Source: Bifidobacterium longum subsp. longum JCM 1217 (GTDB lineage: Bacteria > Actinomycetota > Actinomycetes > Actinomycetales > Bifidobacteriaceae). Taken from it: a stretch of 32,000 bases of DNA. This document shows, piece by piece, positions 1 to 8,772 of the stretch. The translations under genes were made by a program, and so were the position numbers. The stretch covers positions 1,500,001 to 1,532,000 of the forward strand of contig NC_015067.1 of assembly GCF_000196555.1 (NCBI RefSeq). Direction: 5' to 3'. The number at the start of each line of letters is the position of its first letter. Positions within the stretch are counted from its first letter, which is position 1. Below the pieces are notes generated by a model. The model had not been told where the DNA came from, searched no databases, and saw nothing but the letters and a program-made list of their open reading frames with translations.

Positions 1-441
1 TACCGCCACCGGATTGCCCAGCATGTGCAGGAATTCGGAGAGCTGGGACACGCCTGCGTCGACGGCCTGCTCATCCGCACCGGTCACCGCGAACACCGCC
101 ATGGCATTGGACGGTCCGCCGGCCAGACCGCTGGCCAGATCGCCGAGTACGCGATCGTCGAAATCGCCGTAGAGCAACGGTATATCGGCATTGGCGATCT
201 GCCCTTTGGACGCGCGTGGCAGCAACGCCGCATAGGCACCGGCCTGTGCGGCATGCAGTACATCGGGTTCCTGCTCATGCGTGCAGATGAACAGCGAGCC
301 GGGAATCACGGTGTCCACGGCATCGCTGAGTGAGGTAATGGTGACATTGGTGGCGAAGGGTGGATCGACTTCAAAACCGTACCGTTCGACCAGCATTCCC
401 AGGGTCACCCGCTGGGCGATGGATTCGCTCACTGCACTCAT
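1..441 (-). CDS. Mur ligase family protein (MurE-like), N-terminal 147 codons; the gene runs off the left edge of the window
   Basis: My own minus-strand translation from the ATG at 441-439 stays open to position 1. It reads MSAVSESIAQRVTLGMLVERYGFEVDPPFATNVTITSLSDAVDTVIPGSLFICT...IPLLYGDFDDRVLGDLASGLAGGPSNAMAVFAVTGADEQAVDAGVSQLSEFLHMLGNPVAV. This is collinear with the MurE N-terminal domain up to the nucleotide-binding loop. It occupies the expected dcw position after ftsI. It is absent from the ORF track because it has no stop codon in the window. Confidence 0.7.
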   Translation of the reverse strand, partial: MSAVSESIAQRVTLGMLVERYGFEVDPPFATNVTITSLSDAVDTVIPGSLFICTHEQEPDVLHAAQAGAYAALLPRASKGQIANADIPLLYGDFDDRVLGDLASGLAGGPSNAMAVFAVTGADEQAVDAGVSQLSEFLHMLGNPVAV

Positions 442-467
442 GGGCTATCGCCTTTCTCCCCTGATCC

Positions 468-2270
468 TTACCACGTGACTGGAATAGCATTTTTGCGTGG
501 ACTGGAGACAGGCACCTCGTATTTCTGCATAAGGAACTCACAAATCTGTGCGGAAACAGGGCCGGCCGTCAGACCGCCGAACACACCATTCGGATCCTTC
601 ATCACCACGGTGACCGCATAGCGCGGGTTGTCCGCGGGAATCACCACGGAATAATCGGAGATAATGGACGAGAGCGTACCATCCGAGCCCTGCACCTCTG
701 CGGTACCGGACTTGGCGGCCATGCGGTAACCATCGACCTTGACGAACTTGTTGTAGCCTTCCGCCACTGATTCCATCGCATTCATCATGTCCGATGCGAC
801 CTTTTCATCCACCACGCGGGTGGCTTCGCCCTTCTTGGTCTCAGTGGTCTTGCCATTGGCATCGGTGGTTGATTTGATGATCGACTGCTGCTGCTTGACA
901 CCCTTGTTCGCGATGGTGGCCACCACGTTGTTGAGCTGCAGGGCGTTGACGGTGTAGCCCTGACCAAACAGGATGGTGTTGCGCGTACGCAGATCCCACG
1001 CCGAAGGGTTGGTGAGCAGACCGCTCGATTCACCGGGCAGGTTCAGTCCGGTCGGTTGTCCGATGCCGAATTTGGTCAGGTACTCGTAGCGTTGCTCATC
1101 CGGATAGTTCTCCCCGGCCATAATCATGCCGACGTTCGATGAGTTCTGCAGAATGCCGGCGAGCGTCCAGCGCTCAGTGCCATGGTCGAATGAGTCCTTG
1201 TAGGTCTGGCCCTCCTGTGTGATGTGGTCCGGGACCGACAATTGATCGCTCATCTTATGCAGTCCCATCTGCAGATAGCCGGACATGGAGATAACCTTGC
1301 CCACCGAACCAGGCTCGAAGGTTTCGGACACGGCCCGAGACGGGCTCATCTTCGCCGCATCGGTACCAGCCTGTACTTCATCGCTATCGGCCAGTGCGCG
1401 AATCTCCCCGCTCTGGACATCCTGCACCACGGCGATCGCCCACGCTGCACCATACTTGGATTCGGCCTCCTTCAAGACCTTTTTGACATACCATTGCACA
1501 TCACGGTCAATGGTCAGGGTGACATCGTCGCCATTTTTGGCCGCCACCGATTCGGTCATGGTGCCGGGAATCTCTTCGCCGCCATTACCACGCTGGTAGG
1601 TTTCATGGCCATCGGTTCCGGTAAGCGTCTTGTTCTCGACCTGCTCGATGCCGGCGACGCCATCGCCGTTGTCGTTCACGCCGCCAAGCAGCGCGCCCAT
1701 GAGATCGCCATCCGCATACAGTCGTTCACTGCTCAGCTCACCCCAGACAATACCGCCCAGGTGCAACGACTCGATGCTGCGCTTGACCTGCGGAGTCACA
1801 TCTTTCTTCAGAATCACATACTGCCCGGTACCGGACAGATCAGCGCCCAGTTCCATGGCGTTCATATCCAGGACTTTGGCCAGCAGTCGGCCCACGGCCG
1901 CCGCTCCGGTAGCGCCCACGGGTTTGCCGTCAATTTCGTGGCAGTAATCACGGGTGTTGTCATTGCAAGTAATCGGCTCGAACTCCTGTGCAGCCTCCGG
2001 ATTGGCGACGATAGTATAACGCTCCACGCTTTGAGCGAGCACGGAGCCGTTGGCGTCGAGGATACGCCCACGCTTGGCGCTCAACGTCACGGTCAGGGTG
2101 CGGTTAGCCGTGGCCGCTTGTGCGGTTTGACGGCCGCCGATGAGCTGGGTGGAGGCCAGCTGAATCACGCATGCCGACGCCACCAACGCCAATGCGGCGC
2201 CGATGGCGATGCATTTGAACGCGAAGGTCTTGACCTTGGCGAACTCTACGATGCGACGAATGGTGTTCAC
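468..2270 (-). CDS. ftsI: Class B penicillin-binding protein / peptidoglycan D,D-transpeptidase (FtsI-type)
   Basis: 600-aa ORF with an N-terminal TM anchor. Transpeptidase motifs are present: SxxK (SVGK), SxN (SSN) and KSG (KSGTAE). It sits in the dcw cluster. Its GTG start overlaps the upstream stop codon (GTGA). Confidence 0.9.
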   Translation of the reverse strand: MNTIRRIVEFAKVKTFAFKCIAIGAALALVASACVIQLASTQLIGGRQTAQAATANRTLTVTLSAKRGRILDANGSVLAQSVERYTIVANPEAAQEFEPITCNDNTRDYCHEIDGKPVGATGAAAVGRLLAKVLDMNAMELGADLSGTGQYVILKKDVTPQVKRSIESLHLGGIVWGELSSERLYADGDLMGALLGGVNDNGDGVAGIEQVENKTLTGTDGHETYQRGNGGEEIPGTMTESVAAKNGDDVTLTIDRDVQWYVKKVLKEAESKYGAAWAIAVVQDVQSGEIRALADSDEVQAGTDAAKMSPSRAVSETFEPGSVGKVISMSGYLQMGLHKMSDQLSVPDHITQEGQTYKDSFDHGTERWTLAGILQNSSNVGMIMAGENYPDEQRYEYLTKFGIGQPTGLNLPGESSGLLTNPSAWDLRTRNTILFGQGYTVNALQLNNVVATIANKGVKQQQSIIKSTTDANGKTTETKKGEATRVVDEKVASDMMNAMESVAEGYNKFVKVDGYRMAAKSGTAEVQGSDGTLSSIISDYSVVIPADNPRYAVTVVMKDPNGVFGGLTAGPVSAQICEFLMQKYEVPVSSPRKNAIPVTW

Positions 2271-2716
2271 TGGGTTCCGCCTTTGTTGGACTGGTATCCG
2301 CTTAAGTCGATGGACACTGATCCCTGCTGCGGGACCATGCCCATGTCGCTGGCCTTGTCGGGCAGGTTCGCGACCAATTGATCGAGTTTGGCCTGATCGT
2401 CTTCGATATCTTGGGTAAGTCTGTTGATGTTGGTTTCGATCTGTGCCGCCTCAAACGAGTTCTGCACCATCTGGGTACGCAGCATCAGCGCGCCGAACAA
2501 GGTGCCGACGAGGAAGATCACTGCGATGGCCACGTGCACCAGCGGTGCGCTTCTTGTTCTGGTCCATTCGATGACCCGTCCGACGACATTGCCCTGCTCG
2601 TTTCCACGCGGGTTGGAGACCACCCGCAGCTCAGGTCGGGAGGAGGACTGATGCTTGGTGTGCGGTCGGTTCGAGGCTGGAGCCGCGTTCGATCGAATGC
2701 TACGTGCAGTTGCCAT
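2267..2716 (-). CDS. ftsL: FtsL-like cell division membrane protein
   Basis: 149 aa with a basic N-terminus, a single TM (LVHVAIAVIFLVGTLFGALML) and a coiled-coil-like region (NINRLTQDIEDDQAKLDQL). It lies between rsmH and ftsI, the canonical ftsL slot. Confidence 0.65.
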   Translation of the reverse strand: MATARSIRSNAAPASNRPHTKHQSSSRPELRVVSNPRGNEQGNVVGRVIEWTRTRSAPLVHVAIAVIFLVGTLFGALMLRTQMVQNSFEAAQIETNINRLTQDIEDDQAKLDQLVANLPDKASDMGMVPQQGSVSIDLSGYQSNKGGTQ

Positions 2717-2722
2717 ATGCTG

Positions 2723-3802
2723 TTATCCCCTCCTTGTACGAATTCGTGCCGTGTTTTTGGCTCTGCCCGGAGACGCGGAGCCTTGTATCTTGACGTCATT
2801 CAGGCCCTGCGCGGTTTGCGTAAAGCGTTTCCTCCATCGTGACGGAATCTCACGGCTGACTTCCACCGCCCGCAACCGCACCGAAGCCGATCTCGGGTTG
2901 GCTGCGATTTCATGTTCGTCGGCCTTGATGGCACCTCGCGTGAGATCCGTGAAAAACGGTTGGGCATCCGGCGGTATGACAGGCAGGCCAGCCGGAACAT
3001 CCACTCGCAGCCCTTGTGCCATGAACGATTTGACGGTTTTGTCTTCGAGCGAATGATAGGACTCCACCACCAGTCGTCCCCCGACATGCAGTCGGTTCGC
3101 GGCCTGCGGCAATGTGGAGGCGAGCTTGTCCAATTCGCCGTTGACTTCAATGCGCAACGCCTGGAAGACGCGTTTGGCGGGATTGCCCGCCGGGCGGTGG
3201 GCTTGCGGCACCACTTCATCGACCAGACGGTTGAGCTGTGCGGTGGTGGTAAACGGCTCCTTGTCTCGACGCGCCACGATGGCGCGGGCGATCTGACGCG
3301 AGAAACGCTCTTCACCGTATTCCTTGAATATGCGGACCAGTTCCGCCGCATCATAGGTGGCAAGAATCCGTTCGGCCGTCAACGGCTGGCTGACGTCCAT
3401 GCGCATATCCAGCGGCGCATCATGCGAATAGGAGAAGCCACGATCGGTTTCGTCGATCTGCAGGCTGGATAATCCCAGATCCATGAATACGGCGTCCACG
3501 CGTTCGATGTCTTGGTCCGCCAACACCTGATCGAGCTGATCGAAGGCGGCATGCACCGGAATGAATCGATCGGCGAGCCCCTCCCGTTCCATACGTTCGG
3601 TGGCCAGCCCCAGCGCTTCACTGTCACGGTCAATGCCGATGAGCCGAGCCTGAGGCGCGGCCTTGAGGAAGGCGATGGAATGGCCGGCAAGGCCCAGGGT
3701 GCAATCCACTGCGATGGCGTTCTCATGTTCCAGGGCAGGTGCCATCAGGTTCACGCAATCGTCAAGCAATACCGGCAGATGAATATTCGCCACATCAACC
3801 AT
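2723..3802 (-). CDS. rsmH: 16S rRNA (cytosine1402-N4)-methyltransferase RsmH
   Basis: 359 aa. The N-terminus HLPVLLDDCV...AVDCTLGLAGHS, the FMDLGLSS motif and the SYHSLEDK signature are typical of RsmH/MraW. Its start overlaps the mraZ stop by 1 nt (TGATG). Confidence 0.93.
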   Translation of the reverse strand: MVDVANIHLPVLLDDCVNLMAPALEHENAIAVDCTLGLAGHSIAFLKAAPQARLIGIDRDSEALGLATERMEREGLADRFIPVHAAFDQLDQVLADQDIERVDAVFMDLGLSSLQIDETDRGFSYSHDAPLDMRMDVSQPLTAERILATYDAAELVRIFKEYGEERFSRQIARAIVARRDKEPFTTTAQLNRLVDEVVPQAHRPAGNPAKRVFQALRIEVNGELDKLASTLPQAANRLHVGGRLVVESYHSLEDKTVKSFMAQGLRVDVPAGLPVIPPDAQPFFTDLTRGAIKADEHEIAANPRSASVRLRAVEVSREIPSRWRKRFTQTAQGLNDVKIQGSASPGRAKNTARIRTRRG

Positions 3803-4323
3803 CAGAATTCCACCTCCGGCAACACATCGTCAGCAATATCGGAATATCCCTCTTCCTTCTCGGCGAGGTAGGACTCCCACGTGTCCTTATTCCACAGTTC
3901 GGCACGGGTGCCAACGCCGATCACCACGACGTCGGAACCCAGATTGGCGTAATCGCGCAGCATCTGCGGCACCAGCACGCGGCCCTGCTTGTCCGGCTGC
4001 TGGTCGACGGCACCGGAAAGGAACACACGCAGGTATTCGCGGGCGGCTTTGTTTCCCACCGACACACGCTGAATCTGCGAGGCGATACGTCGAAATTCGT
4101 CGAACGGCAGCAGGTACACGCACCGTTCCTGGCCTCGGGCCATGACCAGGCCCTGCCCCAGCTGGGAGCGGAATTTGGCCGGAAGCGCCATACGGCCCTT
4201 GGCATCGATCTTCGGCGTATATGTTCCGAGAAGCAATGGCGGCAGACCAGCCATGAGATCGGCCATAGTGGTGGAGCCTTGTGCGTTGGCATCAGCGTCG
4301 CGAATCGTCTGATCGGCAACCAT
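3802..4323 (-). CDS. mraZ: Transcriptional regulator MraZ
   Basis: 173 aa with two SpoVT/AbrB-like repeats (DAKGRMALP and DKQGRVLVP). A strong RBS (AAGGAGG) lies 8 nt upstream of the ATG at 4323. It is the first gene of the dcw cluster. Confidence 0.92.
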   Translation of the reverse strand: MVADQTIRDADANAQGSTTMADLMAGLPPLLLGTYTPKIDAKGRMALPAKFRSQLGQGLVMARGQERCVYLLPFDEFRRIASQIQRVSVGNKAAREYLRVFLSGAVDQQPDKQGRVLVPQMLRDYANLGSDVVVIGVGTRAELWNKDTWESYLAEKEEGYSDIADDVLPEVEF

Positions 4324-4382
4324 GGCTCCACCTCCTTCATCGTTACGTGGGATACACTTCGGCCAACTGGCTCACCACTCTA

Positions 4383-4408
4383 CCCCACGATTCCCCATTT
4401 CTCCCCAC
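4383..4408 (-). promoter_or_regulatory. Putative MraZ operator: three GTGGGG/ATGGGG direct repeats with exact 10-bp phasing
   Basis: The minus strand reads GTGGGG-agaa-ATGGGG-aatc-GTGGGG. On the plus strand this is CCCCAC at 4383, CCCCAT at 4393 and CCCCAC at 4403. The cluster is 60-85 bp upstream of the mraZ ATG. It matches the known MraZ-box architecture of GTGGG-type repeats spaced one helical turn apart. Confidence 0.65.
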
Positions 4409-4535
4409 TCATGCACGATTTGCTCACCCTTTTAGGGCAATTACCGATGGATTGCGCGTGTCGGCCACGACTGTCGCACGAATGGACGCTCCGCACATTC
4501 AATCCACGTCGCGCACCCCACCGACCGAGCAGCAT

Positions 4536-4558
4536 GGTGAATTCACGCTGAATTCACC
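4536..4558. promoter_or_regulatory. Perfect 23-bp palindrome GGTGAATTC-acgct-GAATTCACC; candidate operator in the mraZ/helD divergent region
   Basis: Read directly from the sequence: 9-bp perfect inverted arms with a 5-bp spacer. It can also be read as a TGAATTCAC direct repeat with an 11-bp period. It lies about 100 bp upstream of the helD ATG. Confidence 0.4.
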
Positions 4559-4655
4559 TATTCCGGGTTGTCCGCATCACTGACGTAGGGGGTGTGCGGT
4601 AAATTTGAATGCCTTAAGTTTTTCTGCCCCACGGAAATGGAACGAAGAGAACAGC

Positions 4656-6935
4656 ATGTCGAGTTACGCCTCCCAGCTGCATGAAGAGCAGCAGGCCGTC
4701 GATCGCGCCTATGGACGATTGGATGATCTGCGAGCCGAAATGTGGCAACGCCTGGACACCGTACGCGCCGCCGGCTCCCACGGATCCCCCACGCAACGCA
4801 GCGAACGAGACTCCTTTGCCACAATGTACGAAAACCGCCTCACGCAATTGCGCAGCGTTGAGGATCGGCTGGTGTTTGGCCGCCTCGATGCCAAGAACGG
4901 CGACCGTCATTACATCGGCCGCATCGGCCTGTCGAGCCCGGACCATGAGCCGATTCTGACCGACTGGCGTGCCGAAGCCGCACGTCCTTTCTATGAGGCG
5001 ACCCCTTCCAATCACGGCGACATCGTGATGCGCAGGCATATCACCTTGAGTTTCCGCGAAGTCGTGGGCGTTGAGGATGAGGTGCTTGACGTGCATTCAG
5101 ACCAGGTCGGCCAGGCGTCTTCCGCCGGCACATTGACCGGCGAGGGTGCGCTGCTGGCTTCGTTGAGCTCACGCCGCACCGGCAAGATGACCGATATCGT
5201 GGCCACCATTCAGGCCGAGCAGGACCGCATCATCCGCTCCGACATGAATCGCGCCGTGGTGGTGCAGGGCGGCCCCGGCACCGGCAAGACGGCCGTGGCG
5301 CTCCATCGCGCCGCCTACCTGCTGTACACGCACCGGCGCACGCTGGAACGTTCCGGCGTGCTGGTTGTTGGCCCCAGCTCGGCGTTCCTGCACTACATCG
5401 ATCAGGTGCTACCCTCCTTGGGCGAGACCGGCGTGGTCTCACGCACCATCAGCGATCTGATTCCCGGCATCACCGCCACGGCGGTCGACTCCCCTTATGC
5501 AGCCAAGCTCAAGGGCGATCGACGCATGACCTCCGTAGTGGCCAATGCCATCGCCGCACGCGTGCGTGTTCCCGCTGCTCTGCCGACAGTAACCATTAGC
5601 GGCATTCAGGTACCAATGCTGGCCACTGATATCGAGCAGGCGCAGGCGGACGCGAAGCGCACCCGACAACCTCATAACAAGGCCCGCGAGACCTTTATCC
5701 GTTCGATGCTGACCAGCATGCAGAACCGTTATGCCGAACAGCTTGATTACACGCCGGATCAGGCGGAGCTGAACCGCGCGATGTCGCTGCTACGTATGAA
5801 CGAGCAGGTTCGCAAGACCCTGAACCTGTGCTGGCTGCCGATGACCGCCCCATGGCTCATCGATCAGCTGTTCGCCCATCCCGAACGTCTGAAGTCTCTG
5901 GCTGGTTGGCTGACCGACAACGACATCGCGGCACTTGCCCGCCCCAAAGGCTCCCCGTTGACCCGCTCCGATATTCCGCTGCTCGACGAAGCAATGGATA
6001 TGCTGGGCCCCGATCCCAAGGCGGTGGCCCGCCAGTCCGCCGCCGACGCACGTCGTGCCGCCGAAGAGCAGTATGCCAAAGACACTCTGGCCGCGACCGG
6101 TCTGGGTGGAGGCATCGTCTCCAGTCAGATGCTGCTCGACCAGATGAACGGGGACGACGCTGAGCTGACCGCGCAGCGGGCCGCGGCCGACCGTGAATGG
6201 ACCTACGGGCACATCGTGGTCGATGAAGCGCAGGAATTGACCGCCATGGACTGGCGTATGTTGATCCGCCGTTGCCCCTCCCGCTCGTTCACCATCGTGG
6301 GCGATGTGGCGCAGACTTCGGCGCTGGGTGGCACCCGACGCTGGAGCAAATCGATGAACCGCCTGTTCGGCGAAAGCCACTGGGATTTGAACGAGTTGAC
6401 CATCAACTACCGTAATCCGCAGGAAGTTTCCGAACTTGCCTCACGATTTGCCGAGGAGGAAGGCCTCTACATCTCCACGGTCAATGCGGTGCGCACCATC
6501 CCCGATTCGGTGTCCCGCAATGTGGTGCCCGACATGTCGTCCTTGCTGGAAACGACGGCCGAGCAGGCGGCGCAGCTTGCCGAACAATTCGTTTCGGCAG
6601 ACGGCACCGGCCGCATCGCCGTCATCTGTCCGGATAATCTCATCGCCCCGGTGCGCGATGCCGTGCGCCGCAAACTGGCTGTCATTCTTGACCCGGCCGA
6701 ATACGCAAGGCTCATCGAGCAGCCCGAATGGGATGAGCAAATCAGCGTCTGCGGCACTGAAACGGTCAAGGGTCTGGAGTTCGATGCCGTCGTGGTGGTC
6801 GAGCCCGGTCTCATCGAGGATGACGCGCCGAGCCGCCTGGTCGCCGCCTCGGACCTGTACGTGGCAATGACCAGGCCGACCCAGAAACTGGTTATAGTTC
6901 GGACAAAAGCGGACGAAAAGTCCCTGAACATCTAA
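4656..6935 (+). CDS. helD: HelD-type (UvrD/helicase IV-like) ATPase, likely an RNA polymerase recycling motor
   Basis: Walker A is VVVQGGPGTGKTAVALHRAAYLLY and Walker B is HIVVDEAQEL. The C-terminus carries VKGLEFDAVVVVEP...LYVAMTRP. The long N-terminal extension is typical of actinobacterial HelD. I prefer the ATG at 4656 over the TTG at 4605 used by the ORF track. Confidence 0.8.
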   Translation: MSSYASQLHEEQQAVDRAYGRLDDLRAEMWQRLDTVRAAGSHGSPTQRSERDSFATMYENRLTQLRSVEDRLVFGRLDAKNGDRHYIGRIGLSSPDHEPILTDWRAEAARPFYEATPSNHGDIVMRRHITLSFREVVGVEDEVLDVHSDQVGQASSAGTLTGEGALLASLSSRRTGKMTDIVATIQAEQDRIIRSDMNRAVVVQGGPGTGKTAVALHRAAYLLYTHRRTLERSGVLVVGPSSAFLHYIDQVLPSLGETGVVSRTISDLIPGITATAVDSPYAAKLKGDRRMTSVVANAIAARVRVPAALPTVTISGIQVPMLATDIEQAQADAKRTRQPHNKARETFIRSMLTSMQNRYAEQLDYTPDQAELNRAMSLLRMNEQVRKTLNLCWLPMTAPWLIDQLFAHPERLKSLAGWLTDNDIAALARPKGSPLTRSDIPLLDEAMDMLGPDPKAVARQSAADARRAAEEQYAKDTLAATGLGGGIVSSQMLLDQMNGDDAELTAQRAAADREWTYGHIVVDEAQELTAMDWRMLIRRCPSRSFTIVGDVAQTSALGGTRRWSKSMNRLFGESHWDLNELTINYRNPQEVSELASRFAEEEGLYISTVNAVRTIPDSVSRNVVPDMSSLLETTAEQAAQLAEQFVSADGTGRIAVICPDNLIAPVRDAVRRKLAVILDPAEYARLIEQPEWDEQISVCGTETVKGLEFDAVVVVEPGLIEDDAPSRLVAASDLYVAMTRPTQKLVIVRTKADEKSLNI

Positions 6936-6945
6936 GGTATGAAGC

Positions 6946-8145
6946 ATGCCCAAAGCACTGTTATTGGAAAACATTCACCCCGATGCGGCCAAATCGCTGC
7001 GTGATCACGGTTTCGAAGTCGAGACCATGAAGGGAGCCCTGAGCGAGGACGAACTCATCGATGCGCTGGATGGCGTGGACTTGGTGGGCGTACGCTCCAA
7101 GACCAACGTCACAGCCCGCGTGCTGGATGCGCGTCCTACGCTAAGCGCCATCGGCTGCTTCTGCATCGGCACCAATCAGGTCGATCTGGCACATGCCGGC
7201 AAGCGTGGCATCGCCGTGTTCAACGCTCCCTACTCCAACACCCGTTCCGTGGTGGAATTGGTGATCTGCGACATCATCTGCTTGATGCGCCGCATTCCCG
7301 CACACACGCATCACATCAAGCATGGCCTGTGGGACAAGTCCGCTTCCGGCTCGCATGAAGTGCGAGGCAAGACCCTCGGCATCATCGGCTACGGCAACAT
7401 CGGCTCCCAGCTGTCGGTACTGGCCGAGGCCCTCGGCATGCGCGTGGTGTTCTACGACATTGAGGAGAAACTGGCACTGGGCAATGCCCACCGTTGCGAC
7501 ACCCTCAACGAACTGCTGGAACAGTCCGATGCCGTGACCCTGCACGTGGATGGCCGCAAGTCGAACACCGGATTCTTCGGCGAAGACCAATTCGCCCACA
7601 TGAAGCAGGACGCGATTTTCATTAACCTTTCGCGCGGTTTCGTCGCCGATCTGGGAGCTCTGAAGCAGCACCTCGATTCCGGCCATCTGTCTGGCGCGGC
7701 GGTCGACGTGTTCCCCGTTGAACCGAAGAAGAGCGGAGATCCGTTCGAGACCTCACTGGCCAATGAAGACAATATGATTCTGACTCCTCATATTGGCGGC
7801 TCCACCTTGGAAGCTCAGGAATCCATCGGCCATTTCGTCTCTCAGCGTCTTGAGGATTACTGGTTCAAGGGTTCTACCTCCTTGTCCGTGAACCTACCAC
7901 AGATCAACCTCGGTGAGTGCAAGGGTGTGTGCCGTATCGCCCATCTGCACGACAATCTTCCTGGTGTGCTGGCTCATGTCAATCATGTGCTCGGCGAGGA
8001 GAACATCAACGTTTCCTTCCAGTCGCTGGCAACCGAAGGCGAACTTGGCTATGTGGTCACCGACGTGGCTCAGACGCCCAGCGCCGCCACGCTTGAAGCA
8101 CTGCGCAACATCGAAGGCACCATTCGCATGCGTGTCATCAGCTGA
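6946..8145 (+). CDS. serA: D-3-phosphoglycerate dehydrogenase
   Basis: 399 aa. It has the D-2-hydroxyacid dehydrogenase fold with the NAD motif GIIGYGNIGSQL, catalytic R/E/H context (LSRG, TPHIGGST) and a C-terminal ACT-like domain. Confidence 0.9.
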   Translation: MPKALLLENIHPDAAKSLRDHGFEVETMKGALSEDELIDALDGVDLVGVRSKTNVTARVLDARPTLSAIGCFCIGTNQVDLAHAGKRGIAVFNAPYSNTRSVVELVICDIICLMRRIPAHTHHIKHGLWDKSASGSHEVRGKTLGIIGYGNIGSQLSVLAEALGMRVVFYDIEEKLALGNAHRCDTLNELLEQSDAVTLHVDGRKSNTGFFGEDQFAHMKQDAIFINLSRGFVADLGALKQHLDSGHLSGAAVDVFPVEPKKSGDPFETSLANEDNMILTPHIGGSTLEAQESIGHFVSQRLEDYWFKGSTSLSVNLPQINLGECKGVCRIAHLHDNLPGVLAHVNHVLGEENINVSFQSLATEGELGYVVTDVAQTPSAATLEALRNIEGTIRMRVIS

Positions 8146-8167
8146 CGCAGCTCATCCTCGATTGATA

Positions 8168-8202
8168 TGAAAGAGACCCGTCATCATGACGGGTCTCTTT
8201 CA
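8168..8202. terminator. Bidirectional intrinsic terminator hairpin between convergent serA and nrdR
   Basis: TGAAAGAGACCCGTCAT/CATGACGGGTCTCTTTCA forms a near-perfect stem of about 17 bp with A/T-rich flanks on both sides. Confidence 0.75.
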
Positions 8203-8279
8203 TAAGTGCTGGGCTTCATGATTGGCTCGCACCATGGTTTGCGAATCACTCGCATATCACGGTGCATGGCATTCGCATA

Positions 8280-8720
8280 TTATTCACGCAAACCATCAAT
8301 GGCGCTTTGGAAATCCTCCAGACCTGCAAAGTTCTGGTACACACTCGCGAATCGAAGGTACGCCACCACATCCAAGTCACGCAACGGTTTCAGGATGGCT
8401 TTGCCCACTTCATCTGAGGTGACTTCGGCAAGGCCTCGGGAGCGAAGATCCTCTTCGACTTTCTGTCCCAGCAGCTTCAGATCCTCTTCTCTGACCGGCC
8501 GCCCCTGACAAGCTTTGCGTACGCCGGAAATCACTTTGTCTCTACTGAATGGCTCCACGCCACCCGAACGTTTAGTGACCAGCAGCATACTGGTTTCCAC
8601 CGTGGTAAAACGCTTGCTGCATTTCGGGCATACGCGACGCCGACGGATGGAATGACCGTCATCGCTAATGCGCGTATCAATGACTTTGGTGTCGGGGTTC
8701 TGGCAAAAAGGACAATGCAT
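8280..8720 (-). CDS. nrdR: Transcriptional repressor NrdR
   Basis: [17 protein letters not shown]...[10 protein letters not shown] is the zinc ribbon, followed by an ATP-cone domain. I chose the start at 8720 to match the canonical MxCPxC N-terminus; the ORF track extends it to 8756. Confidence 0.9.
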   Translation of the reverse strand: MHCPFCQNPDTKVIDTRISDDGHSIRRRRVCPKCSKRFTTVETSMLLVTKRSGGVEPFSRDKVISGVRKACQGRPVREEDLKLLGQKVEEDLRSRGLAEVTSDEVGKAILKPLRDLDVVAYLRFASVYQNFAGLEDFQSAIDGLRE

Positions 8721-8772
8721 GCTCCCCAGAATAACGTGTACGGGCGGAAAAACCATGCCGCTCGGGTTTCAT

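Noticed and set aside
25-333. 102-aa plus-strand ORF at the left edge of the window.
   Set aside because: The opposite strand encodes a collinear MurE-like N-terminus in the expected dcw position. The plus-strand product has no recognisable features.
1224-2381. 385-aa plus-strand ORF antisense to the PBP gene. The same pattern recurs at 13656-14666, 17133-18851, 19299-20549, 22960-24654, 26211-27344, 28924-30405, 30126-31553 and 9931-11415.
   Set aside because: Each lies fully antisense to a gene with clear family motifs. Their translations are low-complexity R/G/H/D/A-rich strings with no recognisable domains. Long antisense ORFs are expected in high-GC DNA, where stop codons are rare.
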